NCBI GenBank assembly: GCA_013265495.1
Contig: MU057377.1
Location: forward strand, 588,939 to 612,366
Length of the DNA stretch: 23,428 nucleotides
Origin: Vicugna vicugna
Lineage: Eukaryota
Reading direction: 5' to 3'
The notes beneath the pieces are model-generated. The model was not told where the DNA came from, searched no databases, and was given only the letters and a program-made list of their open reading frames with translations. This document shows positions 1 through 11,097 of the stretch, one piece after another; position 1 is the first letter of the stretch, and every line of letters starts with the position of its first letter. The translations under genes were made by a program, and so were the position numbers.

Positions 1-510
1 TCCAAAAGAGATGTTTGTACACCCCTGTTCAAAGCTGCACTATTCACAACGGCCAACCTAATGCCCATTGAAGGATGACTGGGTAACAAAATGTGGTATA
101 TACACACAACAGAACACCATGCAGCCTTAAAAATGAAAGGAACTCTGCTACAGGCTACAATGTAGATGACCCTTGAGGACGAATGCTAGGTGAAAGCTAG
201 TCACACAAGGACAAACACTGTATGAGTCCACTTATATTAGGTACCTAAAGTAGCCAAATTTGTAGAAATAGAAATAGGAAAGTGGTTACCAGGGATAGGG
301 GGAGGAGGAAATGGGGAACTGTGCTTTAATGAGTACAGATTCAGTTCTCCAAGTTGGAAAATCTCTGGAGATCTGTTTTATAATAATGTAAATATACTTA
401 ACCCTACTGAATCATAGTGTTCAGCAAACTTGAAAAATATGAATAACTTAAAAACAGTTAAGGTGGTAAATTTTATGATGTGTTCTTTATCACAATTTAC
501 AATAAAAAAC
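1..510 (+). mobile_element. L1 (L1MA/L1MB-type) ORF2 end and 3' UTR fragment
   Basis: Typical L1 3' motifs: gcactattcacaac, aaaatgtggtatatacacacaac, cacacaaggacaaacactgtatgagtccactta, ggtaaattttatg, then an A-rich end. Boundaries approximate. Confidence 0.85.
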
Positions 511-2756
511 AATTCAGGGGGAGAAAAACACCCCATTTATTTGCTTTAAAAAAGTATGATGCTGTTCAAAAGTAGCATTTGAGTCTGAAGCTTAGAAAAA
601 GGACCGGGGGCATTTTTGGATGCAATCAGCTGACATAAAATGAAACTTAACTCAGTTCGTAGATCATCTGAGTCTCTGGCAAACTGATGCGGAACAACCG
701 TAGGTGACACTAGAGAAGCTACAGGAGGAAGGCAGATAGATCCAAAGAGCCAAATATACTATAAAAACTAGCAACTATTTGAAAACTTACATAAACTAAT
801 GGCCGAAGCTCCGATACCTGCAGTCACTGACTCTGAGTCAGCCTGTATGCCCTATTTAATCCTGCACTGTGGCTGAGCCAGCCTGTTCCCTGTCTGTCTG
901 TCTGTTTATTTTTTTGCTTTGTATATAGGCCAAATACAGGATTTACTTTGCTTTGGAGTTGGTGCCTACTCAATCAGGAAGAACTAAGAGGTAGAATGTG
1001 TCTGGGGACCCTTGGACAGGCCTGCTTCATTCATCAGGTAATTTGGGCCACCAGCCGCATCACTACAAGAGCTTGAACCATTCTATTTCCACACTTATGG
1101 TTTAAATAAATTACAATAATGACTAAAGAAAAATATAAAACTTGAAAAATAGCTACCACAAGGTAACGGTTATATGCTTACTAGTTTATAATACTTCTAC
1201 GAGAATATGAAAGGAGCCTGCTGTTTAATGTTCCAAACAGCAAATGAAATGGTACAGACGCACCTCAGTATAACTGCATAAGGAGCATGGTCACCTGGAG
1301 AAAGGAGAGAAGCAGTGGTTTTCAAAAAAAGGAAATTTCCAATACTTGGACCAAAGGAATAAATCAAGAAAAGGGATCTTGTGAGGATAAAGCTAAGAAA
1401 TTTCTGCAATTAATATGTGATTAATACAAGACTATCCTGAGCAGAAAATTAAGCAGATTTCATTATAAAAAAATTAATTGATACCTGTTTCTTAAAATCT
1501 TATAACTCTCTCATTTAAAGCCATATAATGAATTAACGAAATAATTTGAGGACTGGCCAGGAGAATGTCTTCCCTGAAAACTTTCCTAAAACAATTCTCC
1601 TAGAAGCCTCCAGAGGTACAAGTTATCCTCCAAAGATATGCGGGCAAGGAGGCAGATCCCAGGAAGATGAGGGGCAAGAGAAGGCACAGAGGACGTGGCA
1701 GCAGAGAAGACGACCTGTGAGCGTAAGTCACTGCCCGTCGCCCAAAAGTTACTACCAAGACTTCGAGTGGGGCAAGAGCAAGCTATTTCAGTTAGTGATG
1801 TTGCCAGGTCTGATACGGTGGGAGAGAACACAGGGCATGCTGAAGGGCTGCCAAAATTTAGCTATTTTACACAGCTACTGAGAACTTTATCACCAGTGCA
1901 CTGCGATTCAGAACTGAGGAGCAATCTTGGGTGAAATATGTTCTTTAATATCTGATAAGATTTATTAAGCATGCTGCTGCTATTATTTTGATTTTTCCAA
2001 GTAAATACAGCATTATTAGTGGAAAGAGTAGGGTGATAAAAGGATTTAAATAGTTTGTTCAATGTGATCAAAGAGACCATTTCCCAGATTGTTAAACATG
2101 ACATTTTTCTCAGAACTCAAGAAAACACTTATTTTATGCTAATTCAGTATATTCATACTACTGGGGTCACAAAGGGAAACAGTAAGTGACATCCTTCTCC
2201 CTGTGCCCAGTTCCTAAACATTTTGAGAAATAAAACAATGGAAACCAAAATGCCACTTTTAAACTAGTAAAGGATAACCTGGAAAAGTTTCACTCACGGC
2301 AGAGGAAGTGAGCTGGCTAATTGCACTGCAGAGTTAGACAGGTGACACCCATGCCCCAGGGGCTCTGGTGGAGGTCCAGCCTCCCAGAGCACAGCGTGAG
2401 AAGTTAAGGGAAAACGCCTGCTTCCTGGAGGCAGGGCAGAGGCCGAGAGGAAGGACGGAAGGGGCAGTCAGGCATCCCTGGCTTACTTTTCACACACTTA
2501 AAACAGGGATAAATACATTATTCTACTTTCCCTGGTGTGGACTGAGGAGAAGTGTGGACAGAGGCGGGAGAAAATACTGAATGAAGGAAACATCAGGAGT
2601 TCGGAGAAATATTCATCCCCACCTCCAAACACTCAGCTATGAAAATCACCTCAATAATTTCCAACATTGGTAAAACAGAAACAACACCAGGGAGCAGCCC
2701 GCTGACGTCTTACGACCTACAGTTTACATTACAGCGCTTCCGCCTCTGAGGAGTAC

Positions 2757-2885
2757 CTGATGGCGCTTTCGATCTTCTCTCAGCTTGTGTTTTCTCCAAG
2801 CTGTTTGTATTAGTCGAGCAGCTCTCGTTTCTTTGCGAAGATCCAAAAGCCTCGCACAGAGAAATGACAAATAGGTAATAACCAC
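2757..2885 (-). CDS. ASPM: ASPM exon 16 (129 nt, phase 0/0), end of CH2 and first IQ motif
   Basis: Acceptor cttag|GTG; donor CAG|gtactc. Translates [43 protein letters not shown]. Confidence 0.97.
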
Positions 2886-2994
2886 CTAAGATAAAAATAC
2901 AAGGTGAAAAGAGAAGTTCCCGTGAGACAGAGAACTCACAGCTCCCTTTCGTCTTCTGTGAGCAGCTACTGTCGGTTAAGAAACTTCCGCTCAC

Positions 2995-3137
2995 CTTTTC
3001 GTCCGGAATCGTGTTCGACATGTCTGAATGCTGGATCATAGCAGGTATTCCACCAAGGTCTCGGACTGCGGACCTGACCAACTGAAAATTTTTCTTTTCA
3101 TTTTCAAGGAGTTCTTTGTATAGTTCTGAAGTGTTTT
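2995..3137 (-). CDS. ASPM: ASPM exon 15 (143 nt, phase 1/0)
   Basis: Acceptor gttgcag|AA; donor AAG|gtgagc. Translates (E)[47 protein letters not shown]. Confidence 0.97.
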
Positions 3138-3241
3138 CTGCAACGCAGGTAAGAGAGCGCGATTAGATTAGACTGCTCAGGCCAGAAACCAGACAGAGCA
3201 ATAGGAAAACTGGGAAATTTAATCAACCATCAGGGACTAAC

Positions 3242-3449
3242 CGTGATCAAATGCTCGAAGAGACAAATCCAGAGAACTCTCATCAGATTCAGACGAGGAA
3301 TTTAGCACCACTGAGCCAGTCTGCGCACACTCCACGGTCTGAGTCGTACGCTGACATATAGCATCAAACGGCACGTAGCAAGGATGGTAGTGGTGGATCA
3401 GGTAGCATAACACACGGCCATCTGAGAAAGACACTGTAAAGTTCTCCAC
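3242..3449 (-). CDS. ASPM: ASPM exon 14 (208 nt, phase 0/1), second CH domain
   Basis: Acceptor aatcag|GTG; donor CAC G|gttagt. Translates [69 protein letters not shown]. Confidence 0.97.
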
Positions 3450-3648
3450 CTGATTGGGAATATCAGACAAATAATTAACAGTGTTTAGATAATAAGAAAG
3501 ATACCAGTGATTTTGTATTCCTTGTTTCCTTTTAATAGCTAAGACTCTCTCATCAGTTCCTATTAGTACCTAGTATAATACCACATTCATAGCCAAATTG
3601 TCACCTGTAAAATACTAGCTATTTCGAAAATAGAATTTGATTATGTTA

Positions 3649-4315
3649 TTGTGCTGGGTTGGAGAGCATTTGTCAAAAATTCATGTTCTTCCCAGTATCT
3701 CAGAATATGATCGTATTTGGATATGGGGTCATTGCAGATTTAAGTAGTTAAGATAACCTTGGAGTAAGATGAATCTTAATCCGGTATGACTGGTGTCCTA
3801 TAAGAAAAGGAGAGACATGGAGCAGATACACAGGGGGAATGCTGTGTGAAGACAGAGGCAGTGACTGGAGTTAAGTGTCTGCAGAGCAAGGAAAGCCAAA
3901 GATTGCCAGCAACACTGGAAGTCAAGAGAAAGGAATGGGGGTGAGAAATGATAAATTGGGAATTTGAGATTTGCAAATGTTAACCACTATATATAAACAT
4001 AGATTTAAAAAAAAATCCCAAATTTCTTTTGCATAGGACAGGGAACTATATACTCAATATCTTGTAATAACCTTTAGTGAAAAAAGAATATGAAAATGAA
4101 AAAAAAAAAAAAAAAAAGAAAAAGCCAAAGAAATTAACCACTAAAACATAGATTTAAAAAAAAATCCCAAATTTCTTTTGCATAGGACAGGGAACTATAT
4201 ACTCAATATCTTGTAATAACCTTTAGTGAAAAAAGAATATGAAAATGAAAAAAAAAAAAAACAGAGAGAAAGCCATGGAACATTCTCCCCTAGAGCCTTC
4301 AAGGCTCTCTAGCAC
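3649..4315 (+). mobile_element. MLT1 (ERVL-MaLR) LTR remnant, interrupted at ~3934-4261 by an L1 3' fragment
   Basis: MLT1 hallmarks atgactggtgtcctataagaaaaggagagac, gaagacagaggcagtgactggag, caaggaaagccaaagattgccagc. The element resumes after the insert as catggaacattctcccctagagccttc. Confidence 0.8.
3934..4261 (+). mobile_element. Short young L1 3' UTR fragment (cetartiodactyl/camelid-like) with A tail, present as two tandem copies
   Basis: gataaattgggaatttgagatttgc...acagggaactatatactcaatatcttgtaataacc...aagaatatgaaaatg(A)n. 3995-4098 is repeated exactly at 4144-4247. Confidence 0.75.
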
Positions 4316-4835
4316 TTAATTAAAACACAGAATTTATCTATATATTTGACAGTTTTTCTACTGATGTGTGTCAGGACAATTCATCTTCATGTGTTTATAC
4401 TTAACATGCACTTCACACAGAAACGCAGCACCAATCTAACAAATGATTACGTAAGATTCCTTTCCCCCCTCCACCAGCGGGGCGAGGTCCTCTAGTGCCC
4501 CCTTCTGCACGGTGGGTGTATTTGCATTTGGCTTTATAATAGGGGTGTGATCCTTTGGTGCACCAGTTCTATTCAAGTATCTCCTATTAAGACTCCCAAC
4601 TAGGGCATTTTTTTCCTTAGTGATACATAAAATATTTGTGCATTATACACTTGGTGGCAGATTAGATGAAACTAGGAAGGCGACAATCCCTCACTTATTA
4701 CAGGAAAAGTTTGTTTATACATATCAACTAAATCGTTTAAGAAATTAAAGAAAATATTTTATGCATTAGGTGTAATAGACTTTAACCAAAATTTATTTAA
4801 AGAAACTGGGTTAAAACAAAAACAAAGAAACTTAC

Positions 4836-5054
4836 TTTCTTATTGTAGAAGTCGCAGACAGCATTCACCCAGTCCATTAGGAGTTTTGTGCTTTCACTGT
4901 GCTGTTCAAGGTAAGCGCTGTGCCTTCTGTCCTCCTGATTGACACGGCCGTCAGAACGGCCTGGCGGTGCAGACGCTGCTCTCTTCATGGTCTGTGTGTG
5001 CTTTAAAAAGTCAATTTCTTCCTTTAACTGATCTACATTAAGGGAAATATTCAC
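4836..5054 (-). CDS. ASPM: ASPM exon 13 (219 nt, phase 0/0), inter-CH linker
   Basis: Acceptor tttcag|GTG; donor AAA|gtaagt. Translates [20 protein letters not shown]...[16 protein letters not shown] (ORF 4797..5054). Confidence 0.96.
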
Positions 5055-5179
5055 CTGAAATACAAAAGGAGGATAGATATCTTTATTTTTTCACACATTA
5101 TTTTTGACCCACAGAAGCTAATGTCTTCTATTATCTTTTTTTTTTTTAAAGGCAAACACCATCTACGTGGGAGCGATGG

Positions 5180-5410
5180 AATGTGTAAGTGGTTAAGAGC
5201 GTGGGATTTGCGGCCACACATGCCTGGGTTCTAATCTCATCTCTGCTTCCTGTCAATGATGTCCCCTTAACTTCATTTTCCTCCCCTAGGCAGTCATGAT
5301 AACAGCTACCTTACAGGAGCGCTGTGAAGATTAAATTGGAATATATATAAAGCAATTATCACAGTTCCTGGGACTAAATAAAGTAGTAATTAATAGTTAC
5401 TGTTGTTACT
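5180..5410 (+). mobile_element. MIR SINE
   Basis: agtggttaagagcgtgg...cctgggttctaatc...ctaccttacaggagcgctgtgaagattaaat (MIR tRNA head, core and tail). Confidence 0.8.
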
Positions 5411-5490
5411 TTATCTGATGAAAAATGCTTTTATAAATCAATACTGAGAGTTGATAATATGAAGTACAAAATGTGTCAAATGTACAATAC

Positions 5491-5576
5491 CTGAAAAGCC
5501 AAGGCTATTTTCCAAAGCAACGCCAGAGTTTTCTCCCTGTGCCTGTCCACGATATCCTTAGATAGGATTGCATTTC
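5491..5576 (-). CDS. ASPM: ASPM exon 12 (86 nt, phase 1/0), CH domain
   Basis: Acceptor ctgcag|GA; donor CAG|gtattg. Translates (G)[28 protein letters not shown]. Confidence 0.97.
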
Positions 5577-5660
5577 CTGCAGATGGGAAGATAGTCCGTA
5601 AGCACAGTATATGGACACATCAATTTTCAGTGAGAGGTTTTATCTTTACTCAATTGTTAC

Positions 5661-5806
5661 CATGCTCGTCATTCAGCTGAATTCCTTGGGTCTTGAGAAT
5701 CTGAAGAACAATGTCAACATTGTGCATTTTTTGAAGACGACTTATTGCAGGAATCCTGAGTTTCTTTGAGAGATTCCAGTTTCGTGTGAGAAGTTCCATG
5801 ATTCGC
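5661..5806 (-). CDS. ASPM: ASPM exon 11 (146 nt, phase 2/1), CH domain
   Basis: Acceptor ttgttag|G; donor CAT G|gtaaca. Translates [48 protein letters not shown]. Confidence 0.97.
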
Positions 5807-6325
5807 CTAACAATGGAGGAATTTTCTTATGAAACTGTTAGATAACAACATACATGAACGATGAATTTCATTTAAATACAGTTATCGCCCAAAGCAGGCA
5901 CTGGTCACTCACTGTAGTCACGCCAAAGTAAGTTTTGAGGATTCCAGTTTGTAGTGAGGAAGTACTGTGTGATCTGGAGCAAGACACCCTGAGTTTATGT
6001 CCCACTGTCACCGTATAGAGTGTTACTTAAATATTTGATAGCTTAATTAGTTCCATGCTTTTCCCCAATTCATATTCTGGGGCATCAGTAGTCCCTACTG
6101 AGACCCTGTTAGATGCCAGTAGGGAAAAAAAACGTGGGGAGGAGACAAGGTTTCTATACCTAAAATTGACACCATTCTCCTGAACTTATCCCAACTTTTT
6201 AAAATCTTAAATTTATTTCATTGTACTGAAGAGCAAGAAAGATTGTATATGTACAGAAAAAGAGTGTTTTCCAGAAAGTTTTAGTCTATTCCACTTAGCA
6301 AAATAACTCCATTTGTCCTACTTAC

Positions 6326-6501
6326 ACGAGGCGCACCCCACACTGCAAGTCGACAGCAAGATTTGTAACAGCAAAATCAAATTCATCAAATGGTGTCTGA
6401 ACATGGTTCACAGGTAATCCTAATAAGCTAAGGTGACGGGAAAGGTCACCTTCACCGCCCAGGAAGTCTCGTGAAAAAGCCAGAAGGATTTCTTTACTAG
6501 C
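6326..6501 (-). CDS. ASPM: ASPM exon 10 (176 nt, phase 0/2), start of first CH domain
   Basis: Acceptor ctccatag|GCT; donor CTC GT|gtaagt. Translates [58 protein letters not shown]. Confidence 0.97.
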
Positions 6502-7010
6502 CTATGGAGAAACGAGTGGCAGGTATTATAGTCCAGTGTTAGACTTTTATTTACAATAAAAGCAAATTCTTCAAAACATTCTGTGCATATAGAAATAAAG
6601 TAAAATTAATAGTAGTATAAAAAGATTGTCAGTTTCATATTGTACAGTAACAATGCAAATCTATTTCCAATTTAAGACTTTTAAGAAAGTGCTCATAATA
6701 CTCCTCTAAAAATTAGTAGGAATTTGATAACATACTAAACTAGGAAAGAAAATTTCCCCCAAATTAATTCCTCAGAGACATAGCTCCATCATTCTCAAAT
6801 CGAAGCTAAGAACAGCATGATGTGCTGGTGAAGCGTCAACCAACGAGTCAGGCAGGGTCAGAGCTCCTGGTAGGGCTCGCCAGGGAGGGGGTCCTGTTCT
6901 ACTCCAGGGAACTGTTCTTCGGGAAACTCACTTTTTCTAAGGAGAAAATATACAACAAAGCAAGCAAAAGTCTTACATGTGAAACATAAAATATAAAATG
7001 AAAACTATAC

Positions 7011-7141
7011 CTTGAATTCAGCATCTTTACAGAAGAGACAAGGGTCATGGTCAATCAGTCTGGAGGTTTTCGCGTAATCAAGGAAACAAACCAACAACAA
7101 CAGCTTTTTCAGTGTAAACTTAGACAGAGCTTCTTCATGAC
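7011..7141 (-). CDS. ASPM: ASPM exon 9 (131 nt, phase 1/0)
   Basis: Acceptor catttcag|GT; donor AAG|gtatag. Translates (G)[43 protein letters not shown]. Confidence 0.97.
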
Positions 7142-7393
7142 CTGAAATGAAGTACAAAAAGGGCAAAGCAAGTTAATCTGTGCAAGATAGTTTTTTTTTT
7201 ATTTGAAATTATTTTTCTGTATTTATTTATTCTGCTGTGCTTTTAGTCTGCATATTTCTACTAAGGATTCTTGAGATGTGACTTATATTTTAAAGTCAAA
7301 TTATCTTGGAATTCTTTATAAGATTATAAAAATCCTCATATTAACCTTTCTTTTTTTTCCTGGTATTGTTTGTTTGCTTGCTTGTTTGTTTTG

Positions 7394-8115
7394 GCAGGGG
7401 GAATGTAAATTGGTGCAGGCCACTATGGAAAACAGTATAGTAGTTCCTCAAAAAACTAAAAATAGAACTACCATATGATCCAGTATTTCCATTGCTGGAT
7501 ATAGAGCCAAAGAAAATGAAAATGCTAATTTAAAAAGACACATGCACCCCAATGTTCATAGCAGCATTACTTACAACTGCCAAGGTATGGAAGCAACCTA
7601 AATGTCCATCAACAGGTGAATGGATAAAGAAATTGTGAGATACATACACACAGATACACACACACGCAATAGAATACTACTCAGCCACAAAAAAGAATGA
7701 AATTTTGCCACTTGCAGCAACGTGGATGGACTTGGAGGATATGATGCTTGGTGAAGTAAATCAGACAGTGAAAGACAAATACTGTATGATCTCTCATACG
7801 TGGGATCCAAAAAGTATAACCTACTAGTGACTATAACAAAAAGAAGCAGATTCACAGACATAGAAAACAAATCAGTGGTTACCAGTGGGGAGAAAAAAGA
7901 CGGGAGAGGCAAGATAGGGGAAGGGGATAAAGAGGTACAAATTACTGTATGTAAAATAAAATAAGCTACAAGGATACACTGTACAACATGGGCCAATATT
8001 TTATAAAGCTGTAAGTACAGTATAACCTTTAAAAATTGTGAATCCCTACATTGTACACCTGAAACTTACATAGTACTGTAAATCAACTACACCTCAATTA
8101 AACAAAACCAAAAAC
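7394..8115 (+). mobile_element. L1 (L1MA-type) ORF2 C-terminus and 3' UTR, 5'-truncated
   Basis: gggaatgtaaattggtgcag, actatggaaaacagt, aaaatagaactaccatatgatccag, ggatggacttggaggat, ending tgtaaatcaactacacctcaattaaa plus a decayed A tail. Confidence 0.92.
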
Positions 8116-8139
8116 ACAAGTTTTACCTGAAACTATGAT

Positions 8140-8292
8140 AGTAATAATGTGCTAGAAACACAGTCCTAGTAAGCACAATGTGCCTTTCTTAGTGTCTGAC
8201 GTGTATGAATTCATTTGATACTCACAACAACTCTGTGGGGCAGGTACCATGTAATAACTTTAAATTCATGGAGGAAACAGAGGCACAGAGAC
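8140..8292 (-). mobile_element. MIR SINE fragment
   Basis: tcatttgatactcacaacaactctgtggggcaggtac...gaggaaacagaggcacagaga is the reverse MIR core. Confidence 0.75.
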
Positions 8293-8299
8293 ACTGAGT

Positions 8300-8560
8300 G
8301 TTCCAACAACAAATATTTAATGAGCACCTACTATGTGCAGGCACGAGCCCAGGTGCCACATGTACAGTAGCAAACCGAAACAGCTCTGATCTCCATGGGG
8401 CTTGCAGCCTGCTTGGGAGGACAGGGTGGGTAAAGGCAACAGGCAAATGTAATTGCAGTGTTAAAGCGTCGGGGAATGACAGGGAGTGCTGGGGTCAGGA
8501 AGGGAGGGCAGTGGAAGGAGAGACCCACTCACATCGGTTTCTCTGGAGGGTGAGGCTTAC
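8300..8560 (-). mobile_element. L2 LINE 3' end
   Basis: caacaaatatttaatgagcacctactatgtgcaggcac is the reverse complement of the L2 3' terminus. Confidence 0.75.
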
Positions 8561-8620
8561 ACAGACAAGAAGAAAGACAGCACAGCGCAGGGAGAGTGCA
8601 GCTGGGGCGGAGCTACTTGC

Positions 8621-8762
8621 CGTCTCTGTACAGATGAGGAACGGTTGGGTGCCTAAACTCCGCTGCAAGATCAGGATTCCAAAGTAAGCGATTCAGAATA
8701 AACATCGCCAACCCTGTGACATCACTGTTGTCTTCCAAAGGGATGAGTTCTCCATATATGGT
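8621..8762 (-). CDS. ASPM: ASPM exon 8 (142 nt, phase 0/1), GC donor
   Basis: Acceptor cttcttag|ACC; donor GAC G|gcaagt. Translates [47 protein letters not shown]. Confidence 0.95.
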
Positions 8763-10344
8763 CTAAGAAGAAATTCAAGCTAAAGTCAGGGCTCTGTTAT
8801 CTCAAAGGAGCACAGGGATGCAGAGGGAAGGACAGACAACGCTCTTCTAAGAAACTGGAGACACTCCCCTTCCTAAACAGCACGGGAGTGATGGCGAGAC
8901 TTGCCCAACAACCTCTTTGAACTGAACATGTATGTTTTGTGCAATTTTTAGTGTATATGGTATACTTCACAATGGAAAAAGACAAATGCTCAGGACTAAG
9001 ATAAGTTCTTAAAAATCATGTGACAAACAGTGTTTATAATTTCTTCCTTTAAGCTAAAAAACTATCAAATGTGGGCCCGTTGTTCATATTTAAGTACAAA
9101 TTATTATAGTAATTATCATAATTACAACTGTCCCCCTAAGTGCATTTGGAAGGCACAACAGGCACCTGAATAATTCTAAATTGTCTAATAGTTAACAAAT
9201 GGAAAACCATCTGTAAGGCAACTAAGATAATAACCTGGGATGTTCAGATCTGTATATAATTAATAATTTTAATGTGACATTAATTTAACATCAATGCACT
9301 AATTATTATTGATTTTAAAAGCCACTTTCTAGAAAAAACTAAAAACACATCAACACATCAAATTATATTCCATAAACTTACACTGACAAAACTAGACAAA
9401 AGCATGGCAAAGTATTAATACCTGCCAAAACAGAGACATTTTAGATTTACTTACTTTTTTTTTTTGGCCTTTGATGCTTTCCTAAGATCCTTAAAAGCCA
9501 TGCCTACTAGTGGAACCCTAAAGTGTGGTGGTAAGGGAGAATGTTTTATTCACAATTATTCATCCTTCCCTTCCCTTTAAAAGGTCCTTTTCCCACCAAA
9601 TGGCATAGACTTGCTGTGTCTCTTGTGAGAGAGTAAATATTTCTGCCTCATTAGTGTTTGGCCAGATAATGCTCTTTGGCCAGAAACACGGGTGGTGCTG
9701 ACGCACACTACATCTAAGCAGGAGCTTTGAAAGGCATTGCAGGCTTCTGCCTATCTCCCCAATTTTTACTTCTGCCACAAAACAGCTATGTCCCAAAAAA
9801 GAGAGATTCTACTTTAACTGAGGTTCTGGAATTACTTGACATGTGAAGCAGAGCCAGTTGATATGTAATTTTCTAATTAATCATTCATTGAAAAAAATAA
9901 ATTGAACTGAAATTCAATTCAATTGAAATAAGAATTAAAACAAGAAATTGTAGCAATGACACTGTCAAGCGGGGCGACCATAGAGGCTCATCATTCATTC
10001 TCTCAGCGCCTCCATTTCTTGATAAATAAGCGCTAGATTATTGTAAAGATTCCTTTCAGTTTTAAAGAGTTTTCTATTACAAAACCTAGAATAAATTGAA
10101 GTAAGAATAAGACATCCCACATGACAAAGGCAAAAAGCCTTCAGGAAATATGAGTTTACCAGTAAGACTAAATGAAATGGAAACACTATGGGTTTTAATA
10201 AAAGCATATATTTTTTTAAACAGCAACTCTTAGTGGCTTTCTAATTCAGTTTGTTTTAGCATTCTAAATATTATGGAACTGTGCACCATGTGAACAATTC
10301 AAAGTACAATGACGTTTTTATGAGTAGGGTTCCATCAGAATGGT

Positions 10345-10540
10345 TCCAATGGCACCAGACTGGTGTAATTCAAATCCTGACCAGTCACTGGCATTCAGCA
10401 AGTCACTTAACATCTAAGCCTCTGTTTTGTCAGTGAAGTGGAAATAATGACACACACCTCCTTGGGTTTTATACAGGTTTAAAACAGCCTAGTGTTGTCA
10501 TTGGTAAATACTCACAAAGGAGCTTAATCTACTTGTTATT
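10345..10540 (+). mobile_element. MIR SINE
   Basis: ttcaaatcctga...gcaagtcacttaacatctaagcctctgtttt...tggaaataatga (MIR core). Confidence 0.7.
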
Positions 10541-10792
10541 ATATCCAGTATCAAATTATACATATATAAGAAACCGATAGGAAAACTGCTACATAAGAAA
10601 ATGGCAATAACATATAATGACATGGTCTATAAACCTAATGAGCATTTCTTAAAGGACCTTAAATTTCATACTGAAAGATCAGTTAAGCTAACCAAATGAC
10701 TTTATAAGTAGAACTATATTTTATTAAAGAGTCTATTAAAAGTATATAATAAAAAAGTGTATCTTTTTTCAAAACCAGAAAGGTGTACTTAC

Positions 10793-10860
10793 CTCTAGGC
10801 CGATTCGTAGCCACAAAGGATTATATGACAGCAACCAGTTCAGGACTTTCTGCCGTTCTC
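10793..10860 (-). CDS. ASPM: ASPM exon 7 (68 nt, phase 1/0)
   Basis: Acceptor catttcag|GA; donor GAG|gtaagt. Translates (G)[22 protein letters not shown]. Confidence 0.96.
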
Positions 10861-11097
10861 CTGAAATGCACGTGAAAGGCAAGTGAGGTCAGGGAGAGAA
10901 ATCAGCGGAAAAAAGGATAATCACTTACAAAGTTAATTTAAATAAAGTATAATTCCACTCTTCAAAATATATACATTATCACATTTAAGTACGTGAGATT
11001 TTAGGCAGCCAAGGCAAACTATACGTGTGACTCTGAAATACAAAATTTCTAGCGTGTTTTTAAAGAAGTAAGCTAAAGATTTCTGTAATCTTCTTAC

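Noticed and set aside
1546..2580. Cluster of short overlapping ORFs in intron 16, possibly ASPM exon 17
   Set aside because: None contains IQ motifs or resembles exon 17. Lengths are as expected by chance.
2710..3081. 123-aa ORF as an alternative ASPM C-terminus
   Set aside because: It is exon 15 running through the 109-nt intron 15 into exon 16 out of frame. Both splice sites are canonical and there is no evidence of retention.
3144..3154. Strong plus-strand donor CAG|GTAAGA overlapping the exon 15 acceptor
   Set aside because: A by-product of the minus-strand pyrimidine tract; no supporting antisense exon chain.
3995..4247. Direct repeats as a CRISPR-like or functional array
   Set aside because: Only two copies of an L1 tail in mammalian DNA; there is no repeat-spacer structure.
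5577..5660. 84-nt intron 11 (multiple of 3) as an in-frame retained intron
   Set aside because: It reads GGT AAC AAT TGA: an in-frame stop at the fourth codon.
7598..7996. 132-aa hydrophobic ORF
   Set aside because: Antisense reading of an L1 3' UTR, a common source of spurious membrane-like ORFs.
8298..8687. 129-aa plus-strand ORF overlapping exon 8
   Set aside because: Starts in an L2 remnant at a non-ATG codon and has no recognisable domain.
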